The notes under the pieces were generated by a model. That model was not told the DNA's origin. It was given only the letters and a program-made list of their open reading frames with translations, and did no database searches. 64,000 nt of DNA, taken from positions 34,844,001-34,908,000 of the forward strand of contig CM022671.1 in assembly GCA_012295275.1 (NCBI GenBank), read 5' to 3'. This document shows positions 41,950 through 55,435 of this stretch, piece by piece; position 1 is the first letter of the stretch; each line of letters starts with the position of its first letter. This DNA is from Chrysomallon squamiferum (taxonomy: Eukaryota > Animalia > Mollusca). The translations under genes and the position numbers were made by a program.

Positions 41950-42348
41950 CAATAATAAATAAATAAAATAATAATAATAATAATAAATTAATGAATAAAA
42001 CGTTATTATGCTATTAAATCACGCTCACACTATCAAAGGCACCTTTAAAACGCATTTTGACACAGATACAAGCGAGGCGAACAAAACTCATTTACTGTGA
42101 CATAAAAATGATGGATAAAGTGTAAAAATAAGTAAATCTGTCAAACTTGTTGCAGCACGTGAATGTGTGTCATGCACGAACATTCACGACACAAACAGAG
42201 AATGTTTACAGCCCGAGTATTAATGCATAAGGAAAAAAAAAGAAATTAAAGAAATAAAATTAAAGAAATATCCGGGACGTTTATGTCAGATCGATAATGA
42301 AATACAATCAATAAACTGTTTGTGGTTCCTGGTTCATGTGTATATGTA

Positions 42349-42382
<34 letters not shown>

Positions 42383-43231
42383 AAATGAATGAATCTTTTG
42401 AATATATATATATATATATACACATTTTTTTTTTTTCAAGCAAGACTTTATCATTCTTGTCAGGACTATATAGTTACTACATTTTACTACAAGTAATTCA
42501 AATTTGTTCTTTATTAATTTGTAAAGACAACGTTTCTTAATAATAAAGCACTAGATATTATTTTGCTTTTGGTTTTTTTCAGGGGGGATAATCCATGAAA
42601 GTTCCAATTTTTAGTTCTTACTTATCTGCAGATATCATCATGTTGTCTCACATAGAAATAATTTTTAAAATAATTAATTAATTCATTCATTTCATATTGT
42701 TTTAAATTATGATTAACTGAAAGGTACCTGATCCTTACCAATTCTTTAGTTAAACAAATATCACAAACACACCAGCTATTTGATAAATAAATACTAGTAG
42801 TTTGCTTCACTGGAGCGAAAAATTGCTACATCTTGTTGTTTGAAGATATTAATACATCGTACTAAAAGAAAAACAAATCTGCTAACTTTTTTAATCAGTA
42901 TGAATTTCTCGTTATAATTTCTTATTACAAACAAAAGTGTTAATAATGAGAACACTAAATGGTAGTTTTGTGATAATACGTGTTATTAATAAACGTGCAA
43001 TACTAAATAAATAAATAAATATATAAATACCTGTGAATTAGCAAATGTAAAAACGATTTTCATGTAAGTAATAATTACCACAAAAACAAACACATTTTAC
43101 CAAACACGCCGTAGAAATGAAGTCAAACTGAGCACGGATTTATTTACAAGTGTATAAAATGTACAATTTAAAAAAAAAGTCAAAATACTTCTTTTTTTTT
43201 TTTTTTTTTTTTTAAAATATAAGTGGCTTCA

Positions 43232-45197
43232 CTATCTAATAAATGGCTGTGGCATTCTGCTCATATTGGAAACAGGGTAAGGCAGGCCTGGCTGGAACTG
43301 GCCAACATTTCCCGACACGTTTCCTATCATCCACTGGCCTGTAGGGGGCGCTGCAGACTGTGGTGGATGATTCGGGGCGTTTCTCACCATCTCCGTCATC
43401 TTCTCCACCTTGATCCGACGAGTGTGTGCTTGCGTTCTCAAGGGCAGATAACTACTGATGAATCTCTCCACAGGCAGATTATTGTTGCAGAACTGATCAG
43501 CCAAGTTCTGAAATAATAATCATCATTATTAATACTATTGTTACATTTATTATTATTATTATTATTATTGTTATTGTTATTGTTATTATTGTTGTTGTTA
43601 TTATTATTATATTATTATTATTGTTATTATATTATTATTATTATTTATATCAATATTTTATCTTTTGTCTTACAAATAAAACAGTAAATAAAAATTCAAC
43701 AGAACCAGATTTGTCTACCATATTAATGTTTTAGATTCCTCTTCATTCATATTTTTTATTTATTTTATTTTTATTAATCTTAGTATTAGTATTATTTGGT
43801 ATTTCATAATAATAGTATATTCATATTTTCAACAGTCAGTAACAAATGAATTATGTTAATGTTTTAACCAAATATCAATAAATATAAGTCTTGTTGTTAG
43901 TGTAAAAACAAATTTTCTGTAAGAATACAGCTACTACTTATTATTATTATTAAGATTTTATTACTAGATTGTGACTAAATTACAATCTCTATTTGTACCT
44001 CAGACTTTTCCTCTGTTTCTGCAGCTGCTGTCTGAAGCAAAGCCAAAGTGGTATCTAATGACTGGACATTAGCCACTGAATCTGAAACAAGATATAATTT
44101 TTTTTAAATAAGTCATTTCATCTCTTTCAGAGTGAATGTCTGTCTGTCTGTTAGTTGTGTATATCTAAAGATAATGAATCTGAAACAAGATATAGAAATT
44201 TAAAATAAGTCATTTCATCTCTTTCATGGTGAATGTCTGTCTGATTGTATGTGACTGTCTGTCTGTCACTGTGTTGTGTGTATCTATGTATGTCCCACTT
44301 TCACTGCAAGTGTCTCTCAGTAGATATGTCACTGTGTTGTGTGTATCTATATATGTCCCATTTTCACTGGGAGTGTCTCTCAGTAGACATGTCACTGTCT
44401 CTCTTTCAGTACATGTCTGCATGTTTCACTATGTCTTTCCCTGTATCTCTCTATTGTGTATGTTTGTGCATATAGAAACTTTTTTTTTCTTCCTGGCATT
44501 CCACAGTGATAAATTATTATTACTTTTAAAAATCTGAATGAATAGTTACCTAGTCTAGTTTTATCCTCAGCAAGAATTAACTGTTCTCTGTTCATGTCCT
44601 CATACAATGTCGCCACCTCACGTTTTAATCTATTAAACTTGGGTTCCAATGACAGATTGTGTTCAGCCAAACTCTTATTACTGACAAACAGTGTGTCTCT
44701 TTCAATATTAAGTCTTTTTACCTGAATAAAATGTACAATATATAATTTGTAATAACTTTATACACACACACACATATATATATATAAAGTCATTGATAAA
44801 ATGATATCCATACACAATAATAATTAAAAACTAAAAAGCAGTCTGAACATAAAATATATCTTCATCTCTGACCAAAACACAAGACTGTGAATGTGTCCAA
44901 ATTACATTTAATGAAATATTAATAAATAAATAATTTAAGTTATTCAATTATTTCTTGAGAGTAATTATATTAACTTTCTTCTTTTCTTTTTTCTTCTGTT
45001 TTAAATTTTTTTTTTTTAAATATGTCAACTGTGTTTGTGAGAAAGCAGTAAAAAATCTTTGTAAAATATTAGTGTTTTATATTTGTTCAGTGCACATAAG
45101 TATAAGTTTGACATAAGTATAAGTTTGTAGCTGTTTAAATGATTAATGGTCACTGTTTTATATCACATATATATTTACATGTAATGGTCAATATTTT

Positions 45198-45233
<36 letters not shown>

Positions 45234-45495
45234 TGGTGAATAGTCAGTGGTCATATCATTTTTATATCATTGGTTTCATATGCTGGATAGCACCAACTAT
45301 TCTAACAACACAGAGTAAAGATGAACAGATGAGTACCTGGTCTAGGTCTGAAATGACAGCATTCAGTTTCACATCATCATTAAGTAGTTGTTGTAAATCA
45401 TCTTTCTCCAGCAGCCGCACCAGCGCCAGCGCTGCAGACTCGTCGTATTGCAGATGTTGTGGACTGTCATGCTGCTGTACATACCCAGCATACAT
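43232..45495 (-). CDS. VPS37B: ESCRT-I subunit VPS37B/C-like; coding exons 45495-45337, 44721-44550, 44081-43999, 43507-43232; probable noncoding first exon ending at the donor ~46388
   Basis: Mod(r) domain sequence LQQLLNDD...VSNKSLAEHNLSLEP...SLDTTLALLQTAAAETEEKSENLADQF...FISSYLPLRTQAHTRRIKVEKM, followed by a Pro-rich tail. All exon phases are consistent. Confidence 0.9.
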
Positions 45496-45499
45496 TGTG

Positions 45500-45672
45500 A
45501 GTGTCTGAGAGTGAAAATAAATAAATACCAGACAAAGTGTCTGAGAGTGAAAATAAATAAATACCAGACAAAGTGTCTGAGAGTGAAAATAAATAAATAC
45601 CAGACAAAATGTCTGAAAGTGAAAATAAATAAATACCAGACAAAATGCCTGAAAATAAATAAACACCAGACT
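45500..45672. repeat. 36-bp minisatellite, about 5 copies, containing the VPS37 splice acceptor
   Basis: Unit GTGTCTGAGAGTGAAAATAAATAAATACCAGACAAA; on the minus strand each unit ends TTTTCACTCTCAG|AC. Confidence 0.9.
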
Positions 45673-46455
45673 GAGGATCAAACTGACTCATCTGGATTAA
45701 TACTTTTATTTAAAACAAATTTGCTAATAATATTTTAATAAATGAATTAACAGTTTTATGACACACACACAAAAAACACAACAACACAAAATGAAAGAAT
45801 ATAATGTAATATGTATATATATATGTAAATAACTATGTATGTATGTATGTATATAAAATAAAACATAGTAATAATACAGTTATCTCCCCTTATAATGGGT
45901 TATTCACAGAAAGTACAGGTTGTAATGATAGCTGTATTTTTTTATGTATATGTATAAATGAAATTCCAAAAACGGCTGATATAAAAAAAAAAACCTTCCG
46001 AACGAATTACGAAATCCAAATTCAGTAGAAAGAAGGAAAAAAATTATTAGAAAGGGAATGATAAAATTAATAACTTAGGATCACCGATCAGGATATAATA
46101 ATAATTAAAAATATTACTTCAGGATCTTTTTACACATATTTTGTAATCATATTTTATAAAGCGAGAAAATCTATTATTAGCTCTGACAAACAGATAACTG
46201 ATTATCTGTACTAACAGACTGAAAAGTGTGATGATGATTCATTAATTGATAATATATATTATATATTATATGATGATATGGTTGTCTGATGGTTGTATAC
46301 GAGATTATTGTTAACATTCTGGTTTTGTTGTTGAGAAAAAAAGTGTCTGTTTACTTCAGATATTTAAACCATAAAATAATATCTTACCAATCTAATGTGA
46401 CGGTTCGAGAACACTAAAATGAATCATACTTGCGAAAGCCACATATTTCCTTCTT

Positions 46456-46492
<37 letters not shown>

Positions 46493-47618
46493 TCGTTGTT
46501 TTCTTCTGACGTATTTTCCTCCACACAACATTGCAGCGACAAAATAAGAGTTTAGTTCTTCGTTTTATCATTTAAGCAAGACCTGTTTTTAAATAATACA
46601 CTTTACATATATTTTTAAGCTGCGATATTTTTGTGGGACTTTTTTTTTAATATTTATTTTCAGAAAATCCATCTAGATGCGATAGCACTATCCCGTAATC
46701 AATATTTTCCACATTATGAATAAATTGCCTAAGAAAGTTTTGTAATTTTCTATTTGCATTTATACATTTCAAGCATGCACAAACACAGGCACACACCCAC
46801 AACAACAACACAGACATACATACATAATTACTAAAAATAAACTTAACTGCTATTATAAATAAATAAATAACAACAAATTGTCCAACAACACTGTGCATAT
46901 TTCACTAGATGCCTCACATTCGAGATTCATCAACAGCATCAGACATTTCTGAAGTTATACTTGTATTTTTTCCGTCTGTTTCAGTGTGTTTTCTAACACT
47001 GTGCAGAGTACAACCAGATAACAAATATTAATCACTAAATTTAAAATAACAACAACGATTGTAATTGTCGTTACAGCAACAACAAAAAAACAAACAAAAC
47101 AAAAAACAACATTACAACAATCATATAAAATATTTTTTAAAAATCATCAACAATTTTGATAGCACCAACAACATATCAGCTGTCCATCATAATTTCACGT
47201 CTGCGGTCTAGTTATTTAGAAAATGATAATGATGATCTGTGAGATATCGCCCATTGGAGATTGTCCTTCGTAAGCCGTATCCAGAAAAACCTCAAACGCT
47301 TCATCACGCACAATGCAGCTTAACCCGACTGAGGTTAATGCGGCATAATTATTGTTAATCAGTATACTGGAGCAGTTCCGGATTTTAGACATCATCTTTA
47401 TCCTCTCCTCTCATTGTAATTTGTTTTCTTTATCACTAATGAAAGCGAAATTTATGCCGACCATTTTTATTTTTTTGTTGTTTAAATTAATTTTTTTTGT
47501 ACTGTTATTTCAATTATTATTATTATTGTCGTTGTTGTTGTTGTTGTTGTTGTTGTTGTATACATGCATATCATTGGTAAAGAAAAACTGAAAGCACAGC
47601 AGGCTTAGGGGAGAGATT

Positions 47619-47686
<68 letters not shown>

Positions 47687-48149
47687 TGTAATACAACTGT
47701 AATAAAATAAATTTATAAATTTATTTATTATTTAGAAAACAGGAATATTCTAAACTAATATTAGCATAAAGCTTATTTATAAACATACCTTAGTGTTGTA
47801 AATTTGGTTAGGGTAAAATAGTGTTTGATCTCTATTATTTTGTTTTTAATATTTTCTAGTATGCTTCACGCCTGCGTTTCGAAATGTGAGCGCCACCTGG
47901 CGAATATTTTGAGAACGTTGCGAATACTGCGGTTTGCCGACAGACATGAATAAAATTGCGTACTTCCTCCACGTTTCTTGCACGGCTTAACAGTACCACC
48001 CATCAGGCAGGCAAAACACGCACACACCACAGGTACAGCGTTTTTTATATGCTAACACAGCTAACCGGTGATAGCTTTGCAGTTCCCTGACAGGCTCGCA
48101 GAAGAATTTTTTTTTTTTTAAAGAATAAACACCAACAAAGAAGCTTTAG

Positions 48150-48194
<45 letters not shown>

Positions 48195-48587
48195 AAACAG
48201 AAGAAGAAGAAAGAAAAGAAGAGGAAGAAAGAAAGAAAGAAAAACAAGAATAAAGTAATATTGCGAATTCAGATGACATTTTCTTCTTTTTTTTTTTTAC
48301 TACAAAATGTTTTAATCATTCTTCTTTATCCAGTAATATGATTTATATTTATTATTATTATATTTTTTTTCCTTAAATAATATTTCCGACGGAAATCATG
48401 CGATTTAAAAAAAAAAAAAATGGTTGTGTGTTTATAATATTTCTGGAACATTTATTTATTTATTTATTTATTTATTACATCAAATACATTTGTTCAGCAA
48501 ACCGTTCACAGCACGCAGAGTCATAATTCTATGTACCCAACTGCTAATAAAATAATATGATTTTTATGTGCGGACGTTATTAGAAGG

Positions 48588-48695
<108 letters not shown>

Positions 48696-49347
48696 TCTTC
48701 TCTAAAATGTTACAAAATAAGACTGTTTTATTTTTTTTTTTTTTTTTTTTTTTTTTGCTTGTTTGTTTGCTTGTTTTTGAGACCAGCACACACTCCGTTT
48801 AAGCATCAAGATATTTTAACCTGGACCGCAATGATGTTAATATAATATCCCTTTTTATTTATTTTAGTATAATTGTGTTAATCCCTGGTTTTTCCACACT
48901 TCTTTTTTCTTTTTCTTTCTTTTTTTTATTTTATTTTTTTTTTTTTTTTTTATTTAAGAAAAATAATTTAATAATTAAGGAAACGCATGCCATTAGAACA
49001 ACTGTTTGGTAGAATGTCTTTGTTTTAATCAGAAATAAAGACACAGAAAACGTGACCACAAAAATTCGCGTCAGTATCACCAGGGTTCGGATTTAGTCGT
49101 CGTGTGGTCAGGAACGGCAAACACGTCGGCCACGGCAGAACATGCGTTGACAACGAGTGGCAACTTCTACGTTCAAAGAGATGAACGATCTCGTATATTA
49201 TCGCGAGACATTCCCCGCATTCGAGATATACCACGTACGTCAAACAAAGTGAACAAGCGGTTAGTTGCCCGGATTCAAAAGATTTAGCAGACTGAAGATG
49301 GGCCTTGGATAAATCGCTCCTACGTGATAATACCTAACGCTACGTAG

Positions 49348-49443
49348 CCAATTGTCGACCTGTTTCAATCTGGTATAAAAACACTCTTAACAAGCAGATT
49401 TACACAACATGTACATTAGTGTGGAAACACAAAACACTGCTTG
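49348..49443 (+). promoter_or_regulatory. Candidate CCAAT/TATA core promoter and short noncoding first exon of the chitin synthase gene
   Basis: CCAAT at 49348-49352 and TATAAAA at 49374-49380 end a CpG-rich patch (~49050-49360). A donor-like TTG|GTATGC follows at 49443 and an acceptor TTTCTTTACCAG ends at 49900. Confidence 0.45.
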
Positions 49444-50541
49444 GTATGCACATTTACTATTTTGTTATTGTCTACGGTCATCCATCATCGTCGTACCTTC
49501 ATTATCGTCTTCATAATCATCAGCATAATCATAAGCATTAGTAGACGTAGTAGTTATTATGAGAAATAGTACTAGTAATAATTAATAGTTATAAGTAATT
49601 ATAAGTAATAATAGTAGTAGTAGTAGAATTAGTAGTGGTAGTAGAAGTGTTGTAATATGTATTATTACTATTATTATTATTATCAATAGTACAACATGTA
49701 GTAGTAATGGTAGGAGTAGTAGGAGTAGTAAGATCAGAAGTAATTTATTTGTATAATTATTATGAAAATACGTTTCGTCAATTTCATCGATATTAGGCCA
49801 ATTTGTCGTAAGCGATGTTTTCTCACATGACCTGAATATAATAATTATTTTTGTCGCTAATTTGTTAATATAGTTCTTCTATTGTTGTTTTCTTTACCAG
49901 ATTTACATGACCCATCAGGCGTAAATGTGACGTTTTATCAGCTCTACGTATGACGTTTACACGAGAAAGTGACGTATTGGCAGCTCAATAGTGTGACGTT
50001 CAGAAAACAAGTAACGTTGCGGCAGCTCTGTATATATTCAGAAGTTAATTTAACGTTTCGAAGTGAATCTGACATTGAATTATAGAACGTGTGACGTCAA
50101 GGAGTCAAAGTTATACTGTGATAATCGGATCCTAGATAGACAGAAGCGAAAGTTACACACCAAACTGTACACGAGACGTTTAAAACTCAGTGTGACGTCA
50201 CAGTAAGTTGTTACGTGATATCACAAAATGACAGTGACGTTGCTGTAATCATAAGCATTCAAACATTCAGGTGACGTCGCTAGCTAAATTGGAGACTTTT
50301 AAAAGAGAATCTGTATAATCGAAACCACTTTTAATTTATGAACAAAACAGTATCTGTGCTGCGACTGAAGTGACGATTTATTCCAAATTTCTGAGTTAAT
50401 CTTGGTGAAAATATATTCATATTCAAATTAAAAACAAAGATTTCTGTGAACTATTTGTGAACAAAAAAAACAAACAAAAAAACCCCATCAAAACGAGAAA
50501 ATATTTTGATTAAGGACAAATATACAACTGAAACAACCAAG

Positions 50542-52029
50542 ATGGCTAAGAATGTGGGTCATAACGTCAAATGGCTGGTAAGATATATAAAAATTATTAG
50601 TTTATAAATGTTCGGGTATTACAATTATTATATTTATGAGCTGATATGTAGGCTGCAGAAATCGTCGAGGTCAGTTTAATGACCAGGAAAAGAAAACAAA
50701 AGTTTGTGATTGCTAACAGTACAAAATTCTTAACTCTCTCAATTCCTGCACTGGCTTTTACACTCCAGCTTTACGTAATTCTACAAATAAACCCCTGTTG
50801 TCAATATTTGCTGAAAATACTAGCTTTAAACAAACAAACAAAAAAGTTACTGTTCCAAATTGTGGCCACGCTTGCTGTTACTGCTGTTGTAAGTTACGAT
50901 TTAAAACAATTTAAAACAAATGTTGTTGTAGCGTGTGGAAACGATCTACACAGCTCTATGTCGCCATGCAACCTATCGCAGTTTCATACTGACTAACAAC
51001 TGAATCTAATCCTCGAATCTAATCCTCGAACATACTAACATTATCACTGTCTTTGGCGACAACACAAAATTTTGATTTTATGCCAAAATAGACTTGTACG
51101 AACTTTAACTCATCTAACAGTATTTCGGTTTATAGTTCAAAATAATCTGATTTTTCGTCAACATTCCCCATAATACTTTTTCTTAGATCCTGTACGTCCG
51201 TTGTCCACTAGTCTGTACGTTATTAGATATTCTCTCCTTTCCCGCAGTTCTTATGAATGTTTGGAAATTTGATTCATTTTTAAATGTTTAACGTAAGAGT
51301 GATGCTCTGTGAACCTTGTAGTTTGAAACATTATATATTCAGTCTCTGTACTGATGTCTAGAAAGGAGTATAAACAAGTGTTTGTTATTTACGTGTTTTT
51401 GTTTTTTTTTTTTTTCAGACTGCAGTCTCTGTTTGGCTGTTTGTTGCAATGGTGGCTGTCCTAACGGTTGGAAAGGTTGCGTTGTTATGGTTACTCAGAA
51501 TCTACAAATATGAACAAATTCATCCAGCAACATGGTATACTCATCAATAAAAATTACGATTATCCTTTTTATCTGATTTATCACACACACACACATACAT
51601 ACACACACACACACACACAAATACACACACATTCTACACTCATCAGTTCTAAAAGTGATCAGTATTACTTTTATAAATTTTTAAAATCCAGATATTTAAT
51701 TTTATTTTCGTATATTATTTCCTAATATGTACAGTAAGAATAATGACAACAGAACGTTTTGGTACACCAAATCAGTATGTTTTCTACTCACTTTTGTGTA
51801 TATTTATTTATTCATTCATGCATTCATGCATTCATTCCTTCATACATTCATTCATGCATTCATTCAGTCATACATTCATTCATTCATTTATTTAACAGGT
51901 ACTTGGTGATGTGCCTGCTGCTGTTAGCGCCTCATGCAGCCAATCTTGTCTACATTGTGTGGAACACCCCTTTTATCAGCTCTGCTTGGAGAAAACACTC
52001 TCAAAACTCTACACATATCTATCTTGTAC

Positions 52030-52084
<55 letters not shown>

Positions 52085-52345
52085 TGTCTATCTTTATGTC
52101 TATCTGTGAGTCTGTCTCTTTTCTCACTCTGTCTCTTTCTTTCTTTCTTTCTTTCTCTCTATTATTATTAGTATTTCTAAATATTCCTGTTACCATGTCG
52201 CTCTACATAAAGGCAAATAATATTATTTTCTACTACTGCATAATTAGCAAATTAATTTAAAATTTAAAAATATATTTAGCAAAATTAAAAACAGACTTTT
52301 TCTTAATATTAGAGATATTCTAACATATTATTATAATAATCGTAT

Positions 52346-52376
<31 letters not shown>

Positions 52377-55371
52377 TTTTTTTTTTTTCATCAGGGATTA
52401 ATAAGCAGTATTATTGAAGGTGTTTCTGCCACCATTTTTACTACAGAGTTGTCGTCGATGTTGCCAGAGACTGTGTTTTTGTTTCTGCCAGCCGCAGTAT
52501 TCACAGTTCCTCTGATTGTGAACAGCATTAAGGGATTAAAAGTAGGTATCCATTTATGTCCTATTTAAATTTCTTAAATTTAAATAGTGCGGATATAAAA
52601 CAGTTCATTTTATTAATAACAAAGCATAGATACTCTGTCTCTCTCCCTCTCTATTAATTACTAAATAATTTACCTGATTTCTGTTTTGAAGACAAAATTA
52701 GAAACGAAATGCGAGTACAGTCCAGTTCGTCACTTCATCATCACCATGATCTGCACATACAACGTCATTGCTCCAGCAACAGTTTCAGCCATCATCTTTC
52801 TTTGGTCTCCATTCAACATGAACCTGGGACAATGTTTGGCATTGCCGCTGGTGTTGTTCCTGCTGTCAACAACATGGACACCGGGAATTCAAAAACTCAT
52901 CACGTGCTCATCCGGTTCCTGCAGACGTAACTGGAAAGCGTCCTTGACCTATGCGATTGTTAAGATACTCATAACCCCGATGACCATATTTGGAATCATG
53001 GTCTTCAAGATAACAGCATTTCGTGACGACATGATTCATTTCCTCACATCGGGCACCGCTGACGTCGCTGATTATCGCATCTGGATGCCGATGTTGCTGT
53101 GCATGATCTCTGGGTTTCTTGCCTTGATGTTAATGAATATCGCCTCAAAAGTAGCGCTGACAACACCCGGAATGCTTCTTCCGTCTTTCGTTTCTCCTCT
53201 CTTGGCTTTCGGAGCGGCTACTGTAATATGGGGCGATGTGTCCACACTATCTCTATGGGAACTGTCCGGAGATGACCACGCCAGCTGGCTTGCTGCAGGA
53301 TTTGCGTGTCTGGCCTGGTTACTGCCGTACGTCAGCCCTGGACCGAGTATTATCAAATCTCCTACTCATCTGCTGAGACCTTTCGCTGAAAACTTTTTTG
53401 GGTTTCATTGGAATCAGATGTTTCTCGAACAGTCGATCATGCTGAACTTTTTTCACGAAGGGATTCGATCCAGTGCCCATGGTGCGCCTAAAACGTCTTC
53501 TAACAAAAATTCAAAAACTGTTTTCATTTGTACGACCATGTTCAAAGAAACGTATGCCGAAATGTCACGATATGTTCAGAGTTTGAAAAAAGTATTTTCG
53601 TCTGACAAGTTCTCCGATATTTCTATGGAAACCCACATTTTCATGGACAGTGCTTTTGTTGAAAATGAACTCAACAGCTACGCTAATCAACTGCTTTCAG
53701 TCCTGCTTTATATCTTGGATCTGCCATTTTCGAATCTAGTCTCGTACAAGACGCCGTACGGCTGTCAGATCATCTGTGTGTACCAACAGCAGTACTTTAT
53801 ATACGTGCACATGAAGAACACCGACTGCTTCAAAGCGAAAAAACGATGGAGTCAGGTTATGTATATGAATTATATTTTAAAATACAGGTGCAATCTACCA
53901 TCGGCGTCATACAACAAAAAGAAAATGAGTTCCGTGAGCAATGAACATTTTGATCCGTTTATACTCAGCCTTAGCCCAGCTGAAAAAGATCGTATTATGA
54001 AGGAATCACAAAAAAGACTCTTTTCCAAACAAAATAAATGTATGCAAAACGACCATGTTTACGAAGCAGCCTACGACAGCGGCAGCGAAACGTCTACAGA
54101 AGCCTCCGACGCTTACACGGTTTCGCGAGAAAGCAGTGGCTCATACATGACCAGCGAAGGAAACGACAGCGACGACTCAGATCTGTTTTACTATCAGACA
54201 CGAAAGGTTCGAGGACAAGCTGCAAAAAGTTGTGAAGCAGACGACCATCTAGTGATCAGGAAGATCATAAGAACAGAACTAGCAGACAACGTGGAAAAAG
54301 TTAACAAAACCTCGCCGTTACCTCCAGGAGTGTTTTATTTGAACCCTAAAAGTGTCGTGCACGGAAACTGGAAAGTGTCCAAGTCGGTCGCTAACAAGAC
54401 GGAGCAGACGACTCTGTTTACAATTCCCGAGCAAAATTTCTGCAACGCTGAAAACGTCTACATTCTTGCCACTGACGCAGACACGCAGTTCAGTGCTAAG
54501 AGTGTGAGGGCGCTGCTTGACTTGTGTGAGAAGGACAGGTCGTTAGGTGCAGCCTGCGGAAGAACCGTTCCCACTGGTTCCAAGAATCTAATGGTCTGGT
54601 ATCAGAAGTTTGAATATTCAAAAGGTAGGCTTAGATCAGGATGTGTTACCTTCATTTTTTCAGTATGTTGATTTTTATCTCTAAAGTTAGCTAACCCACG
54701 AGCTTTCCAACATTTTAATCCATCTCTCAGTCTACAAATTTGTCTCTATATTATTTTCTACCTGTAAATCTCTGTTTGTCTTCTGACTGACTGACTCTAA
54801 ATATATGTTTTTTTAATAACAGATTTCTGGTTGGTGAAGGCATCACAAAACGTTATCGGATCAGTGACGTGCTGTCCTGGGTGCTTCAGTCTGTACAGAG
54901 GTGCTGCTCTCTATGACATCATGAATACGTTTTCAGAACCAAGCATGTCTGCTTTTGACGCGTTAGTCAAAGACCATGGTATTTTTAAAATTATTATTCT
55001 GTTTGTTTGAAAGATTTAAAGTATAGTTGTCGAAATGCTAAATAGTCTGTCATTTATAACAGAAAGCTGTTAGATTGATATATTCTGAAATTTTGAATGT
55101 ATTCAGTCCGTTTACTTAAGTTATTGGATAGCAAAATAAATAAAAATTTTAAATCAAAAAATCAAAAAAAAAGAATCAGTCTTCATTCTTTGTTATTGTT
55201 GTTTGTGACCAGGATGGTTTCTTTCTTGTATACATCGTCTTCCATGTCATCAATCTCATTATATTACTATTTTTTTCTGTTGCTAATATTGCTTCATCAT
55301 CGTCCTTCCTCTTATTATTATATTATTACCATCATCAACAGAAACAGAAATATTCATGTTCATCATATTCA

Positions 55372-55435
<64 letters not shown>

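Noticed and set aside
49025-49287. Short ORFs in the CpG-rich patch upstream of CHS
   Set aside because: No recognisable protein features or splice linkage; better explained as promoter-like DNA.
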